Part shown: positions 13,331 to 25,407 of the stretch, piece by piece
Layout of the letters: each line of letters begins with the position of its first letter
Numbering within the stretch: position 1 is the first letter of the stretch
NCBI GenBank assembly: GCA_951406725.2
Contig: OX597822.1
Coordinates: 67,456,001-67,520,000, forward strand
Length of the DNA stretch: 64,000 nt
Direction of reading: 5' to 3'
Source of the DNA: Octopus vulgaris
Lineage: Eukaryota
Program-made: the position numbers and the translations under genes
The notes under the pieces: generated by a model
Databases searched by the model: none
What the model was told of the DNA's origin: nothing
The model's input: the letters and a program-made list of their open reading frames with translations, nothing else

Positions 13331-13675
13331 TTAAGCAGAGAGTAGTTATAGTAAACTTCAAATTTAATAAAAGCATTTGGTCACATACCCAAGCTATCAC
13401 CTCGCCTTCGTTTTGGTTACGGATATATTGACCATCAATGACATCAACGTCATCAATCACATTTAAGTCTACAAAGTCCATAGGGTCCGTCACGGCTCTT
13501 TTTCAATTCATTAACTTGTTTGAAAATGAACGTTCAGACCTAGAAGGAGTTTATTTGATTCTGGATAAACACTAAATAAATAACAGCCTTAACAACACTC
13601 TCATAGCAAAACAGTGAAATTTGTCCACTAGTAATGACATTTCAATTCCAATTAATATATGTAAACAAACATTCC

Positions 13676-13710
<35 letters not shown>

Positions 13711-13995
13711 TACTTATCATTTATATCTAATGGTGTTTTGATAGACGTTGCGGAGATTTGCTTAAGACCACGGTTACCTGAGATTCAAATGTTAAAATAA
13801 TTGTAGAACGATTTTTCTTGACTGTCACTATATATTCTTGAGACTACTAGCCAGAGGGAAAGAAATCAATTACTTTATATTGCTTATAGTGTGTGGGTAT
13901 GTGTGCGCATGTGTACGTGTGTGCGTGTGACATAAACACACCAGCATCAGTTTTCAAGCGGTGACAGAGACACAAACACAGACACAAAGAGACAC

Positions 13996-14050
<55 letters not shown>

Positions 14051-14062
14051 AACATATATATA

Positions 14063-14944
14063 TTAGGTCATCCCATAAATAATGCGTCTTTTTATACATC
14101 TTTTCCTTTTCAAAATTAAGATAAACAGAGTTCTTTTTTAATCAAAGGTACTCTCCTTCATTTTCTACAACGCTCTTCTATCTATCTGGTAGACTTGCAA
14201 GACACCCCTCTTCCAAACTTCACGTGTCCGTGACGAAAAATACTCCTCCAGTACTGTTCTGACCTTATCTATATAGTTCACATTTTTTCCATCAAAACTA
14301 TTTTGGAGACTGCGAAATAAATGATAATCAGATGGGGCAATGTCTGGCGTATATGGTGGGTGGTGCATTGTTTCCCATTCAAACTCCTCCAACCTTTCGA
14401 ATGTCATCCTCAATGTATGTGGCCGAGCATCATCCTGATGGAAGAACATCTTTCGTCTTGGAAGCAAACATGGCCGTTTTTCTTCTAGCGCTGACTTGAA
14501 TGACTGATTGAATGACTAAATCCAAACTTCTCTGCTAGTTCCTCAAAAGTTATGTTAGGATTTTGTTCCACCAGGGTTTACAGAACGTCCTCGTTGAGCT
14601 CAGAATTTCTGGAACCACCATTGACACTGGCTTACGCTTATTGTCTGATCCCCGGACACTGCATTGATATTCCTCATACTTTCTGTTGTGTTGTTGCCTT
14701 TATTGAACTGATAGAGCAAAATATGCCGAATATGCTCCTTTGTCACTTCCATTCAAGCTTTGATAAATATAACTGTTAAAATCGTAAAATCGAACTGCAC
14801 TCTTCAAAATTTGCACTAAGAGTAAGTATAAGATAAAATTACTACCTGCTTTTATAGCAAGCTGTTACAGGTAGTTTATCCCGTCCGCCTCCGACTTTTA
14901 ATTCATGCAATTGAAAAAAACTACATTATTTATGGGAAGACCCA

Positions 14945-14946
<2 letters not shown>
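14063..14946 (-). mobile_element. Internally deleted mariner (DD34D) transposon
   Basis: HQDDARPH...HPPYTPDIAPSDYHLFRSLQN in ORF 14165-14467; TIRs ttaggtcatcccataaataatg / cattatttatgggaagacccaa; TA flanks. Confidence 0.9.
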
Positions 14947-14984
<38 letters not shown>

Positions 14985-14988
<4 letters not shown>

Positions 14989-15128
14989 GACGGGCTTCTT
15001 TCCGTTTCCCTCTACCAAATCAATGCACAAGAATTTCGTCAGCCCGAGGCAATAGTACAAGACGAAGGTGCAACACAGTGGGACTGAACCCGGAACCATG
15101 TGGCTGGGAAGCAAGCTTCTTACCACAC
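14985..15128 (-). mobile_element. SINE family B, 5' portion
   Basis: gtgggactgaacccggaaccatgtgg...aagcttcttaccacac. Confidence 0.8.
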
Positions 15129-15196
15129 ACACACATACACACACACACATACACACACAAACACACACACACAAACACAAACACAAATACACACAC

Positions 15197-15289
<93 letters not shown>

Positions 15290-15311
15290 CATGCATACAT
15301 ACATACATATA

Positions 15312-16010
15312 TATGTTCCTTTATTGGCCACACAGGGCTGAACACAGAGGTGACAAAATATAAAGTAGATCTTTTCTTTTGGGGAAGAAGAAAAAAAAAG
15401 GTCGTGTAGAATTTCGAAAAAAGGGCCGATCAATAGCGATCGGGTATCACAGAAATGTCATAATGTAAAAAGGGGATCAGATTAGGTTTATCTGTGGAAA
15501 GAAAAACCTACAGAATAGACCACGTTAACCTTGAGCAATAATGTCAACCAAAAAATCACATTTCAGTAAATGACTCTCTTTTTTCCTCTCTTTTTTTTAG
15601 GATTCACCCATCTTTTTTTGAAACATTCACTAGACAAAACCTCCCTCTCTACTCTCACCTTCCTCTTCAATTGATACTTGAAGAAGTTGATGATAGATTG
15701 ACCAGAGAGGAAAGTGTTTGTCTCTAGACCTTTCAGACGGGTCCACTGTACACATTCTTTCGCCATAGCCACAAGCACGATTAAAACGGCTCTTCCTTCC
15801 CGTTTGAAGGAAGGAGGCGCGACAATATTTACGATAGACTCGGTTGATAAACCGACTTGTCCCACACGCGATAGCAGTCGTTCGACATAAGCCCGCAGGT
15901 TGGAAATGGTTGGACACTGTACGAGTGCGTGCAGAACGGTTTCGTTGCTCTGGTCGGCTCCGTGTTACTCGAGCAATGCCTGTAGAGTCTATCCCGAATG
16001 GGTAGCGCTT
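15312..16010 (-). mobile_element. 3' end of an L1/Tx1-like LINE inserted in (GATA)n
   Basis: Minus strand reads ALPIRDRLYRH...ETVLHALVQCPTIS...GQVGLSTESIV...FKKRWVN (L1/Tx1 ORF2 C-terminal zinc region); 3' UTR ends cagccctgtgtggccAATAAAg; (GATA)n at 15197-15288 and 16011-16042. Confidence 0.75.
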
Positions 16011-16229
16011 AGATGGATAGATAGATAGATAGATAGATAGATAAAAGTGCGTGTATGTGTATGTATATATGTTTGTATATTTACATATAAGTTTTCATCC
16101 TTTTGGACATCCTCAGACAGTCCGACAAAGGCCTGCAATCCGAACCTACAAAGTTGCTCTCACTAGGCTTCTTGCATAAGCATAATTAATGTATGTATAT
16201 ATATGATTAAATAAATGGAGTTTATATAC

Positions 16230-16302
<73 letters not shown>

Positions 16303-16537
16303 GTAAGATTAAATTTTTTTTTCCAAAACATTTTATCCTACATTAAATATAAATTTAATAGTCTTCACTTCCGGACTCTCTCACTCTGTGAGAGCCTCAG
16401 TTCAAATCGCACGTGTCTCGAATGGGCTACACTATTTCTATTTTGGATGTATTTGGAGTACTTAATTGTGCTCATGACTTAGTGTTTGCTTCTTCCATGG
16501 GTATGAGTAAGTATCTCGTTTATTTCTTTGCCACATT

Positions 16538-16590
16538 TATCACTGACGAAGGGAGGGTTCTTATGAACTAACCCTGAAATATGTCCGATA
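16538..16590 (+). ncRNA. Degenerate type I hammerhead ribozyme motif (Penelope-associated type)
   Basis: tatca-CTGACGA-aggg...ccct-GAAA-tatGTC-cgata; stem I has one mismatch. Confidence 0.5.
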
Positions 16591-17199
16591 TGGTAATAAT
16601 GGAATTTTTTTAGAAATTTCTGTCGACCTTTTTCGAGTAGCGTGCGTATAGTGAAAATTTGTAATGGGTATGGACAGTGTGTCGAATTTTGGCATATATG
16701 ATCATTTCATCTGAATAGAAGAAATAGTATGAAATGGTTCATCATCAAAAATCGACGATAGAACGTTTTCTGAACAAATACAGACATTAGAGACACTAGA
16801 GAAAGAATCTAGTAATACGTTAATTTTATGACATTTTTTTCATCGCCCATAATCTACTATGTCGCATGACATGTACGTCAGACATTGGGAATATGCAGAT
16901 TATAAGCGAAAAAAACTAGTTACACCTTCTCGAGGGAAGCATTATACGGAGCATATCTGAAAATGCTACCTCTCTTTGCCATTCTTTCTTTTTCACTGTC
17001 TCACATACTTTCTCGTTCCCTCCTCTCTTTCTCTCTCGATCTCTGTAGCTCTGCCCTACCATCTTTGTCTTTCCTCCTCATTCCCAGTATTTAATTGTCT
17101 ATTTTTTCTTTCCTCTCTTCCATTCTCTGAAATATCCTCTTATGTTTTTCACCCTAACTCCTCCCTTCTCAAGAGACAGGTAAAGGGAGAAGAGTAATT

Positions 17200-17438
17200 C
17201 ATACATCTCTCTCTCTCCCTCTTTATATATATATATATATATATATCTTTTATCTCTTGCTCTCGTTTTCACTGTTCCTCTCTCCGTCTCTCTCTCTCTC
17301 TCTCTCTCTCTTTTATCCCCAACCCTTCATTTCTTTAACACCGCTGAATTATGCATTCTTGTCCCTTTCGTTCGCCCATTCAATTTCTCTTTCTCTCTCT
17401 TTCCTGCTCTCTCTCTTTCCTGCTCTCTCTCTTTCTTA

Positions 17439-17477
<39 letters not shown>

Positions 17478-17813
17478 CCTCAGTCGTTGTCTTCCTGTCA
17501 CTGTCTTTTTGTCACTCTCTCACTGTTACTCTCTCTCTCTTTCTGTATTTAGCTCTCTCTTTCTCTTTCTCTTTGTCTCTCTCTTTTTCTCTCCCACTCT
17601 TTCTATCCCCAACCCTTCATTTCCTTTCCACCGCTGAATTATGCATTCTTGTCCCTTTCGTTCGACCATTCAGTTTCTCTTACTCCGTCTTTCTTACTCT
17701 CTCTCTCTCTCTCTCTCCCTCTTCCTATCTCTGTCCCTCTGTAGTTGTCTCACTGTCACTATCTCCCAGGCACTGTCTTTTTGTCATTCTCAAACTGTCA
17801 CTCTCTCTCTCTC

Positions 17814-17846
<33 letters not shown>

Positions 17847-17879
17847 GTCTTTCTCATTCCGTGTTTATCTCTCACTTTT

Positions 17880-17913
<34 letters not shown>

Positions 17914-18212
17914 GCTCTCTCTCTGTCTTTCTTTCTCTCTTTCTTTCTATCCCTAACCCTTTATTTCCTTTCCACGGCCGAGTTGTTCATCCTTGTCCGT
18001 CTCATTCCCTCACCCAGTTTAATTTTCTCAGTCTTTTTTTATTTCTCACTCTTTTTTCCTGACCTTGTAACTCTCTCCTGTCTCTCTGTCACTATCTCTT
18101 TGTCACTGTCTTTCTGTCACTCTCTCTCTACCATTTCCTCTGTTTCTCTTCCTTTTTTATATTTTGCTCTCTCTCTCTCCATATATCTATCTATCTACCT
18201 ATCTATCTCAAT
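17200..18212. repeat. (CT)n-rich tract with ~300-bp higher-order triplication
   Basis: Anchor ccgctgaattatgcattcttgtccctttcgttcg at ~17341 and ~17631, diverged third copy ~17970. Confidence 0.85.
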
Positions 18213-18496
18213 GCTTCATAAACTGTAAATACCATACAATGTTGTGAACATTGCTTTCATCCTCACCACTCAATAGTCACGGCAGTACACAGTACACACT
18301 ACTATTTCACTTATTACTTTCATCCTTGTTTTATATTAGGTTTTATGCTTGTTATTGTGTTCCTTTGTTGGTCATAATACCAATATTCTTGTTGCGATCG
18401 TTGACGTGGTACTGTAGATTTTGTTGGTTCTTAGGTATTTCTAATGCCATGAACACGTGTACATCACGCAATGTTAGACTATAATTTCCATTACAA

Positions 18497-18577
18497 GTAT
18501 GTATGTATGTATGTATGTATGTATGTATGTATGTATGTATGTATGTATGTACGTACGTATGTATGTATGTACGTATG

Positions 18578-18628
<51 letters not shown>

Positions 18629-18831
18629 GTATATATATATGTATATATATATATAAATATACTTATATACATACATATATATATATATATATATAGATAG
18701 ATAGATAGATAGATATAGATATAGATATAGATATATAGATGCACACATATACACATACACACACCTATCTTATATTACATATTATATGTATATTATAAGT
18801 ATATGTATATGTATATATATATGTATGTATG

Positions 18832-18862
<31 letters not shown>

Positions 18863-18926
18863 GTATATATATGTATATATATATGTATGTATATATATAT
18901 ATATATATACATATATATACACACAC

Positions 18927-19001
<75 letters not shown>
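18497..19001. repeat. (TATG)n/(TA)n/(GATA)n compound microsatellite
   Basis: Direct reading. Confidence 0.95.
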
Positions 19002-19003
<2 letters not shown>

Positions 19004-19216
19004 GGGTTATGAGACTGTGTGGAACTGTGTTCAAAGTAACATCAGACTAATAGAACATTAGAATGTTAGTTGCTGTGAGTTTTCCGCTTTTGAATAATAT
19101 CTAACTAGTGTCTTTATTTGCAGCATCAAACATTTAATTACGCCATTGCTCAACAGAACGGAAACAAACGTAAAATGAAATGGCAATAAAAAAAACTGAC
19201 ACCAATAGTAGTAACG

Positions 19217-19283
<67 letters not shown>

Positions 19284-19296
19284 TAATAATAATAAT

Positions 19297-19364
<68 letters not shown>

Positions 19365-19369
19365 TGATG

Positions 19370-19407
<38 letters not shown>

Positions 19408-19422
19408 GATAATAACTATAAC
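19217..19422. repeat. (AAT)n microsatellite
   Basis: Direct reading. Confidence 0.95.
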
Positions 19423-19889
19423 AACAGGAATGACAAAAGGAGCAAACAAATATGTAAGCTGGTTGCCCCATAATAAGTGAACTGCAACAGATCATAATTA
19501 TGGGTTCCTTACATATTTTACGTAACTTTCTCTCTATGTAAATACAATATTATTCATTCAGTTTTTATTCAATATTATTCGTTCAGTTTCATTATAAATT
19601 TTGTAGAGACTGATTTAAACATGCGGACATAACGTATGTTGTTGGTTTTCTTTTTCACTTACATAGTACCTATCCTCTTTAAAGGCCATTGACGTTCCTG
19701 ATTGAGAATTGGGCGCAGCTTCTACAAGATGTAATAAATGCAAAACATAATAATAATAACAAGAGGATTCAGAGAGTGTAAACCTCCGCCAAGGCAACAC
19801 CATCGTCCGCTCAACAGATTGGCAGGGACACATCATAAAATGAGAGACCACTTGAGATGATCAATCAAATGAAATATTCAACATCAGTG

Positions 19890-20135
19890 AGACCTGTTTA
19901 TGGAGCTACCCTTGTATGCACTCCACTGTAAGGGTCTGAGAGCTGGATCCTTTATCGATACCAGATCAAGTAACTGGAAATATTACATATCAGATCTCTC
20001 CGAAGTATCCTCGATCTCACATGGCAGGATAACGTATCACCTAACTAAATTCTCTTGAACTCCTGGTTCCTTCGTCGTGTATCCGCTGGATTGGCCAAGA
20101 GATTCGGATGCCGGGTGACCGGCTCCCAAAGATGT
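19890..20135 (+). mobile_element. RTE-clade LINE relic (post-RT region)
   Basis: Translation GSESWILYRYQIK*LEILHIRSLRSILDLTWQDNV...RWIGQEIRMPGDRLPK, typical of RTE/BovB-like ORF2. Confidence 0.7.
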
Positions 20136-20615
20136 CATTTAAGTAATGCTGTTAAAAGTCTACCAAAACATAGAATTGGTATTTTCTGCAGGTTACGTTG
20201 ACTCCACTAAAAATAATTAAAAACATGACATTCCTAAACAACAGATAGATTGATATATGAAAGTCTTATCTGTAATTAAGGGTAATGAAAATTTCAGCAG
20301 ATAGATCTGATTTCTGTAGTAAAAGGGTTAAAAAAATTATTGAGTTTGCCGAATTTTAGAGGAAGTGTATTTTTCATTTCATAGATACTGAATCATTACT
20401 GTGAATCCGGCAGCAAAACTTTTATATTTTATCCATCAATAACAAGTCATATCCAATTAATACTATGTAAACTAATGTTTAGTATCGACAATTTTTTTTT
20501 TCCTTTTATTCATCATTTATAATCAATGTTCTCAGAAGTCACTGAGATTTGCTTATGTCCAAGCTTATCAGAGATTTAAATGAACGAAGCGGCTTTCAAT
20601 GAATTTTACCATTTA

Positions 20616-20808
20616 CAAGGGGGAGCTAAAAACTTGCTGGCTTTGAGTAAAAGACATTATAGGAGGATCAGTTAATTATGAATTTATTCAATATATTCTC
20701 CTCCCAGATTCATACACTTATTGCAGTGGTCCTTCAGTTTTTCTAAGCCCTGTAAAAGAACTCCAACCGAGCCTCTTGCAAAGACAGGAACTTTTCAGAA
20801 CCCCATTG
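20616..20808. mobile_element. Mariner-type MITE
   Basis: TA-flanked imperfect TIRs caagggggagctaaaaactt / aacttttcagaaccccattg. Confidence 0.6.
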
Positions 20809-20829
20809 TATACTTATATTATTGATAGT

Positions 20830-21020
20830 AATTTCAAATTTTGGCAGAAGACCAGCAGTTTCGGAGGAGGGCTTAGTCATTTCTATCGACCACAGTGCTC
20901 AAATGGTACTTATTTGATCGACCCCTAAAGGATGAAAGGAAAACTAGACTTCGGCGAAACTTGAACTCAGAACGTAAATATGAGCGAAATGCTGCTAAAC
21001 ATTTTCACGGTGTTCTAACA
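20830..21020 (-). mobile_element. SINE family A, degraded copy
   Basis: atcgacc...ggatgaaagga...ttgaactcagaacg...gctaaacatttt. Confidence 0.75.
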
Positions 21021-21605
21021 ATTCTTTTCTACAATAGGCACAAGGCCTGAAATTTTGAGGAGGGGGAAGACTAGTTCATTACATCCAACCGTGTGTTTCA
21101 CTGTTTCTTAATTTATCGATCCGTAAAGGATGAAAGACAAGGTCGACCTCGGCGGAATTTGAACTCAGAATGTAGTGGTAGACGAAATACCTATTTCTTT
21201 ACTACCCACAAGGAGCTAAACACAGAGGGACAAACAAGGACAGACAAACGGATTAAGTCGATTACATTGACCCCAGTGCGTAACTGGTACTTAATTTATC
21301 GACCCCGAAAGGATGAAAGGAAAAGTCGACCTCGGTGGAATTTGAAATCAGAACGTAACGGCAGACGAAATACCTATTTCTTTATTACCCTCAAGGGGCT
21401 AAACACAGAAGGGACAAACAAGGACAGACAAACGGATTAAGTCGATTATATCGACCCCAGTGCGTAACTGGTGCTTAATTTATCGACCCCGAAAGGATGA
21501 AAGGCAAAGTCGACCTCGGCGGAATTTGAACTCAGAACGTAACGGCAGACGAAATACCGCTAAGCATTTCGCCCGGCATGCTAACGATTCTGCTAGCTGG
21601 TCGCT
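21021..21605 (-). mobile_element. SINE family A tandem array (3 body units)
   Basis: One tRNA-like head at the right end and repeated ~183-bp units joined at gaaatacc|tatttctt (21191/2, 21374/5). Confidence 0.9.
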
Positions 21606-21675
21606 GTCTTCCATTATTGATTGTACAAGCCAGAGTGAAACTTTCCTTAATTTATAAATGCTATTTATAGAAATA

Positions 21676-21945
21676 CAGTTCTATATTTAAGAGATGGGCA
21701 TATGGCGTAGTGGTTACGAGCGCGGACTACTAATCCCATGATTCCGAGTTCGATTCCAAGCAGAATAATAATAATAATAATGAAAACAACAAAAACATCG
21801 GAAAATACCTTAGGAATGAGGACCCAGGTTCGAAATTTCCCCAAGGCACCTGATGAAGGCTGGAGTGTATGTCAGCCGAAACGATGTGCTAAGAACAAAG
21901 AAGATGAGGACAAATATTTGTCAAATGTAAATAATGTAAATAACG
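21676..21945 (+). mobile_element. SINE family E (tRNA head + AAT + hammerhead motif), preceded by an inverted copy of the family 3' end
   Basis: A box tggcgtagtgg, B box gagttcgattcc, CTGATGA at 21850; 21676-21696 is the reverse complement of 43444-43464. Confidence 0.85.
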
Positions 21946-21966
21946 TCTATTTATAGAATTTGTGCA

Positions 21967-22004
<38 letters not shown>

Positions 22005-22326
22005 TGTGTTGCAAAGAGGGAGAAAGAGATAAAGACAGAACGAGAGCGACAGATGAAGAGACCAAGAATTGGGTGGTAACTTTTTGCAGAGACATTGCAG
22101 AAGAATTTGTCGGTGAAGCAGTTTAGCTTAAATGGTAAAGCACTTTGACCGGAAATTGAAGGGATGTGAGTTCGAATCTCATGGCTAGTTACTGACAGAT
22201 TTTTCTGTCCTGTAAGGATTTTGTCCCATATATGTTTATCTACGCGTTGAAAAAATATATCTTTCTACTTGTACTACAATACATTTCAGCGCTTCAAAAA
22301 CAAACTTATGTTTGTTTACATATGAC

Positions 22327-22384
<58 letters not shown>

Positions 22385-22388
<4 letters not shown>

Positions 22389-22813
22389 AGCTGAAGTTGT
22401 CCCTGTGTATGTGTGTGGCAAGTTTAGTAGCCTTCAACAGCATCTCCTCCGAGACCCTGCAGCGCAAGTTGACCAAAATTGAAAGTATGATAGAAGAAGG
22501 CTTGGTCTTCATTCTGTAGAAAATATTCAAATCGGACCATGTTAAGACCAAAAATTATTTTCAATAAAAAGGTGCTTTTTTCCTATGAAAATGCCTATTT
22601 GTTACGATTTTTTTACTACTGTGTCGTCATTTTTCGGTGTATTTCAACCAGAAAAATGTTCACTTAAAGAGAATAACAAGCTACATAATGCAACATTTTT
22701 ACTTTTCAAAAAAGATTGAAACTATGTCAAAACTTTGTTAACGCGACATCAATGTCTGCCGTTTTAAGCGCAACTAAAAAACAAATCCGAGCAACGCCGG
22801 GCTATACTGCTAG
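22385..22813 (+). mobile_element. Non-autonomous Helitron-like element
   Basis: 3' end ccgagcaacgccgggctatactgCTAG|t (GC-rich subterminal hairpin-like motif plus CTAG); no TIR or TSD; embedded in (TA)n. Confidence 0.6.
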
Positions 22814-22839
22814 TATACATATATATATATATATATATA

Positions 22840-22985
22840 CTTCGGGATTCCAGTTTCTGTCTACCATATTTACTAAGGCAGCGATCGGCCCAGGGTTATA
22901 GCAGCTGACACGTTCGTAAGATGCCACGCTGTGGGACTGAACCAGAAACCACATTGTTGCAAGTCGATCTTTTGAGCCACACAAT
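22840..22985 (-). mobile_element. SINE family B, degraded 5' portion
   Basis: gatgccacgctgtgggactgaacc...agccacaca. Confidence 0.6.
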
Positions 22986-23989
22986 GATACGTGCACACAT
23001 ATATACATACATGTGTGAATGTGTGTGTTTGTGTGTGCGTGTGTGTGCGTGTGTTTGCGTGTCTGTGTGTGTTCCGTTACATCTCTTTAACTTGCAAATC
23101 ACTTTTGATTTTTTTCCCTCGTCGCCGGAGCAAATAAAAATACATGCCAAAAAATATCAGAGTTAGATCAATCGGCCCAAATTCTTTCCTTAACAATTCA
23201 TGTTATTTGACCAATGTAAGAAATTAATATAAAGGAAGACATCAAATAGCCAGACAGTATTTTCCTGTGACGGACAGTTTTTTTAAGACTTCCTGCCCTT
23301 TCATTCTTCGTGTCCCATTATCACTGAATCTTCTTTTTTGTGCATGAGGTTACGAGTTAGATAACAACAGAACGCTTCGATAGCTAGAGGAGTAAAACAT
23401 ACTGCTAAAGAAAGGGGGTTGAAGTCGAAGATCGCCGCGGTTGGAGGTTTAAATTGGAAATGTATTTATTGTAATGTAAAGGAAAATACCGAAGAAAATA
23501 AATGAATACATAGATAAATAAAAGAACTATAAAATATTGGCTTCTGCGCGTAGCTGTAGAAAAAACAAATGCAATGTCCATCAGAAGCATACACAAGTCT
23601 CTTATCATGAACTCCTTCTATTGAGTCACACCTCACCGCCTTAAAAAGCGTAAGAGCTTATTGGTTATTGATATATAGTATTTGCAAAAATTGTTGATGG
23701 TCACGAACTGAACGCCTTTGATCATCGTTCTGTTCGATCAGATATGACCTCTGGTTAAACCACAGAATAACACTATTAATAATAACTATTACCCACGTCA
23801 TCGATAGAAGCAGAAATGTTTTTGTTATTTTCTTTTTTAATGTAACACATACATGCATAACCGACACTCTATCGATTATGATAACGTGGGTTTCAGTTGT
23901 TCCTATATACGGAACAGCCCACGCTTTGGAATCACGAAATGGGACTGAATCAGAGATTAGATGGTTACGAAACAAGCTTCTTCTTCTTA

Positions 23990-24290
23990 GTGGAGGTACA
24001 TGGCCTAGTGGTTAGAGCAGCGGACTCGCGGTCGAGGGATCACGGGTTCGAATCTCAGACCGGGCGATGTGTGTGTTTATGAGCGAAACACCTAAGCTCC
24101 ACGCGGCTCCTGCAGAAGGTAATGGCGAACTTCTGCTGACTCTTTCACCACAACTTTCTCTCACTCTTCCTCCTGCATCTTGCAGCTCACCTGCGACGGA
24201 CCGGCGTCCTGTCCAGGTGGAGAACCTATACGCCAAGGAAACCGGGAAACCGGTCCCTATGAGTCAGGCGTGGCTCGAGAAGAAAGGAGC
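23990..24290 (+). mobile_element. tRNA-derived SINE family C
   Basis: Head tggcctagtggttagagcagcggactcgcggtcgagggatcacgggttcgaatc; body actctttcaccacaactttctctcactc shared with 40488, 49479, 56140. Confidence 0.85.
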
Positions 24291-24391
24291 TTCTTAACCA
24301 CACCGCAAAGCTTGCAAATATTTAACATTTCCATGATCAAACTTCTTCTGGGCTACACCAATAATAACAACAACAACCACAATAGATAAGA

Positions 24392-24697
24392 GGCTCTCCG
24401 TAGGTTACGATTACGAGTATTCCAGGTGATCCGATCAACGGAACATCTTGATCTTGAACTCCACGTGCAATTGGCGGTTCTCACCACAGACGCGTGTACA
24501 CATTACATGGTTCTTTGGGAGATTCAGCCTGATATAGAAGGTGGCAAGGTTGACCCTTTGAATTACAGGTACTACTCGTTTTTGCAAGCTGAGCAATCTG
24601 AAAAAAAGTGTCGCGCTCAAGGAAACAGTGCGTCACCGATGATTGAACTCACGACCTTACGACCGTAAACCGTATACGCTAACCACTAAGCAACGCA
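24392..24697 (-). mobile_element. Degraded SINE with family C-type 3' tail
   Basis: tccgtaggttacga...gatccgatcaacggaaca...cacagacgcgtgtac; tRNA-like head (ttgaactcacgacc...ctaaccactaagc). Confidence 0.6.
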
Positions 24698-24898
24698 CCG
24701 TCACATATGCATACGTACATACGTACATATATAGATGCATACGTACATATATTGATACATACGTACGTACATACATACATACATTCGTATATTCTTACAT
24801 ACACACGTACATAAATACATACATACATCCATAAACACACACACATACATACATACACACATAGACACATACACACACACATACATACACACATACAC

Positions 24899-24956
<58 letters not shown>

Positions 24957-25127
24957 GCATCCATACATACAAGCATACATATATATATATACATACGTAC
25001 ATACATACAATCTCATTACCTAATCTCATTACCTAATACAATCTCCTGTGCAAAACTGATTGGTAACAACATTGGCCGAAAGGAATCTTTTATACTGTAT
25101 ACGCTATGCTTTTTTATGATTTATAAT

Positions 25128-25205
<78 letters not shown>

Positions 25206-25407
25206 ACAAGTCACAAATTGTTCATTAAAACTTTAACAACAACAAAATTTCAATTTCATGACAAGTTGTTCCGTACCTTAAAAAACATGAAAATAATTTC
25301 TATTTTTATATTTACTAATAATGAAATTACCTACATGCCTATATCAATGCAAAATGTAAAAGATCCTTTAAGCATGTAAGTCATTAATTTGTTGTTTGAT
25401 AATTAAA

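Larger units (their letters stand above)
8880..13545 (-). pseudogene. Possible decayed multi-exon gene with internally duplicated segment (product unknown)
   Basis: Repeat-poor island; homologous minus-strand peptides IRYEIGCCRIETNIFAYL (~9100-9153) and TRFEIGCCRMGTNILAYL (~11513-11566); several polypyrimidine-AG / GTAWGT bounded segments containing stops. Confidence 0.3.

Noticed and set aside
20140-20332. piggyBac-like end (aaagggTTAA)
   Set aside because: No matching left terminus or transposase seen
21021-21605. CRISPR-like regularly spaced repeats
   Set aside because: Whole units repeat with no unique spacers, eukaryotic context, no cas genes
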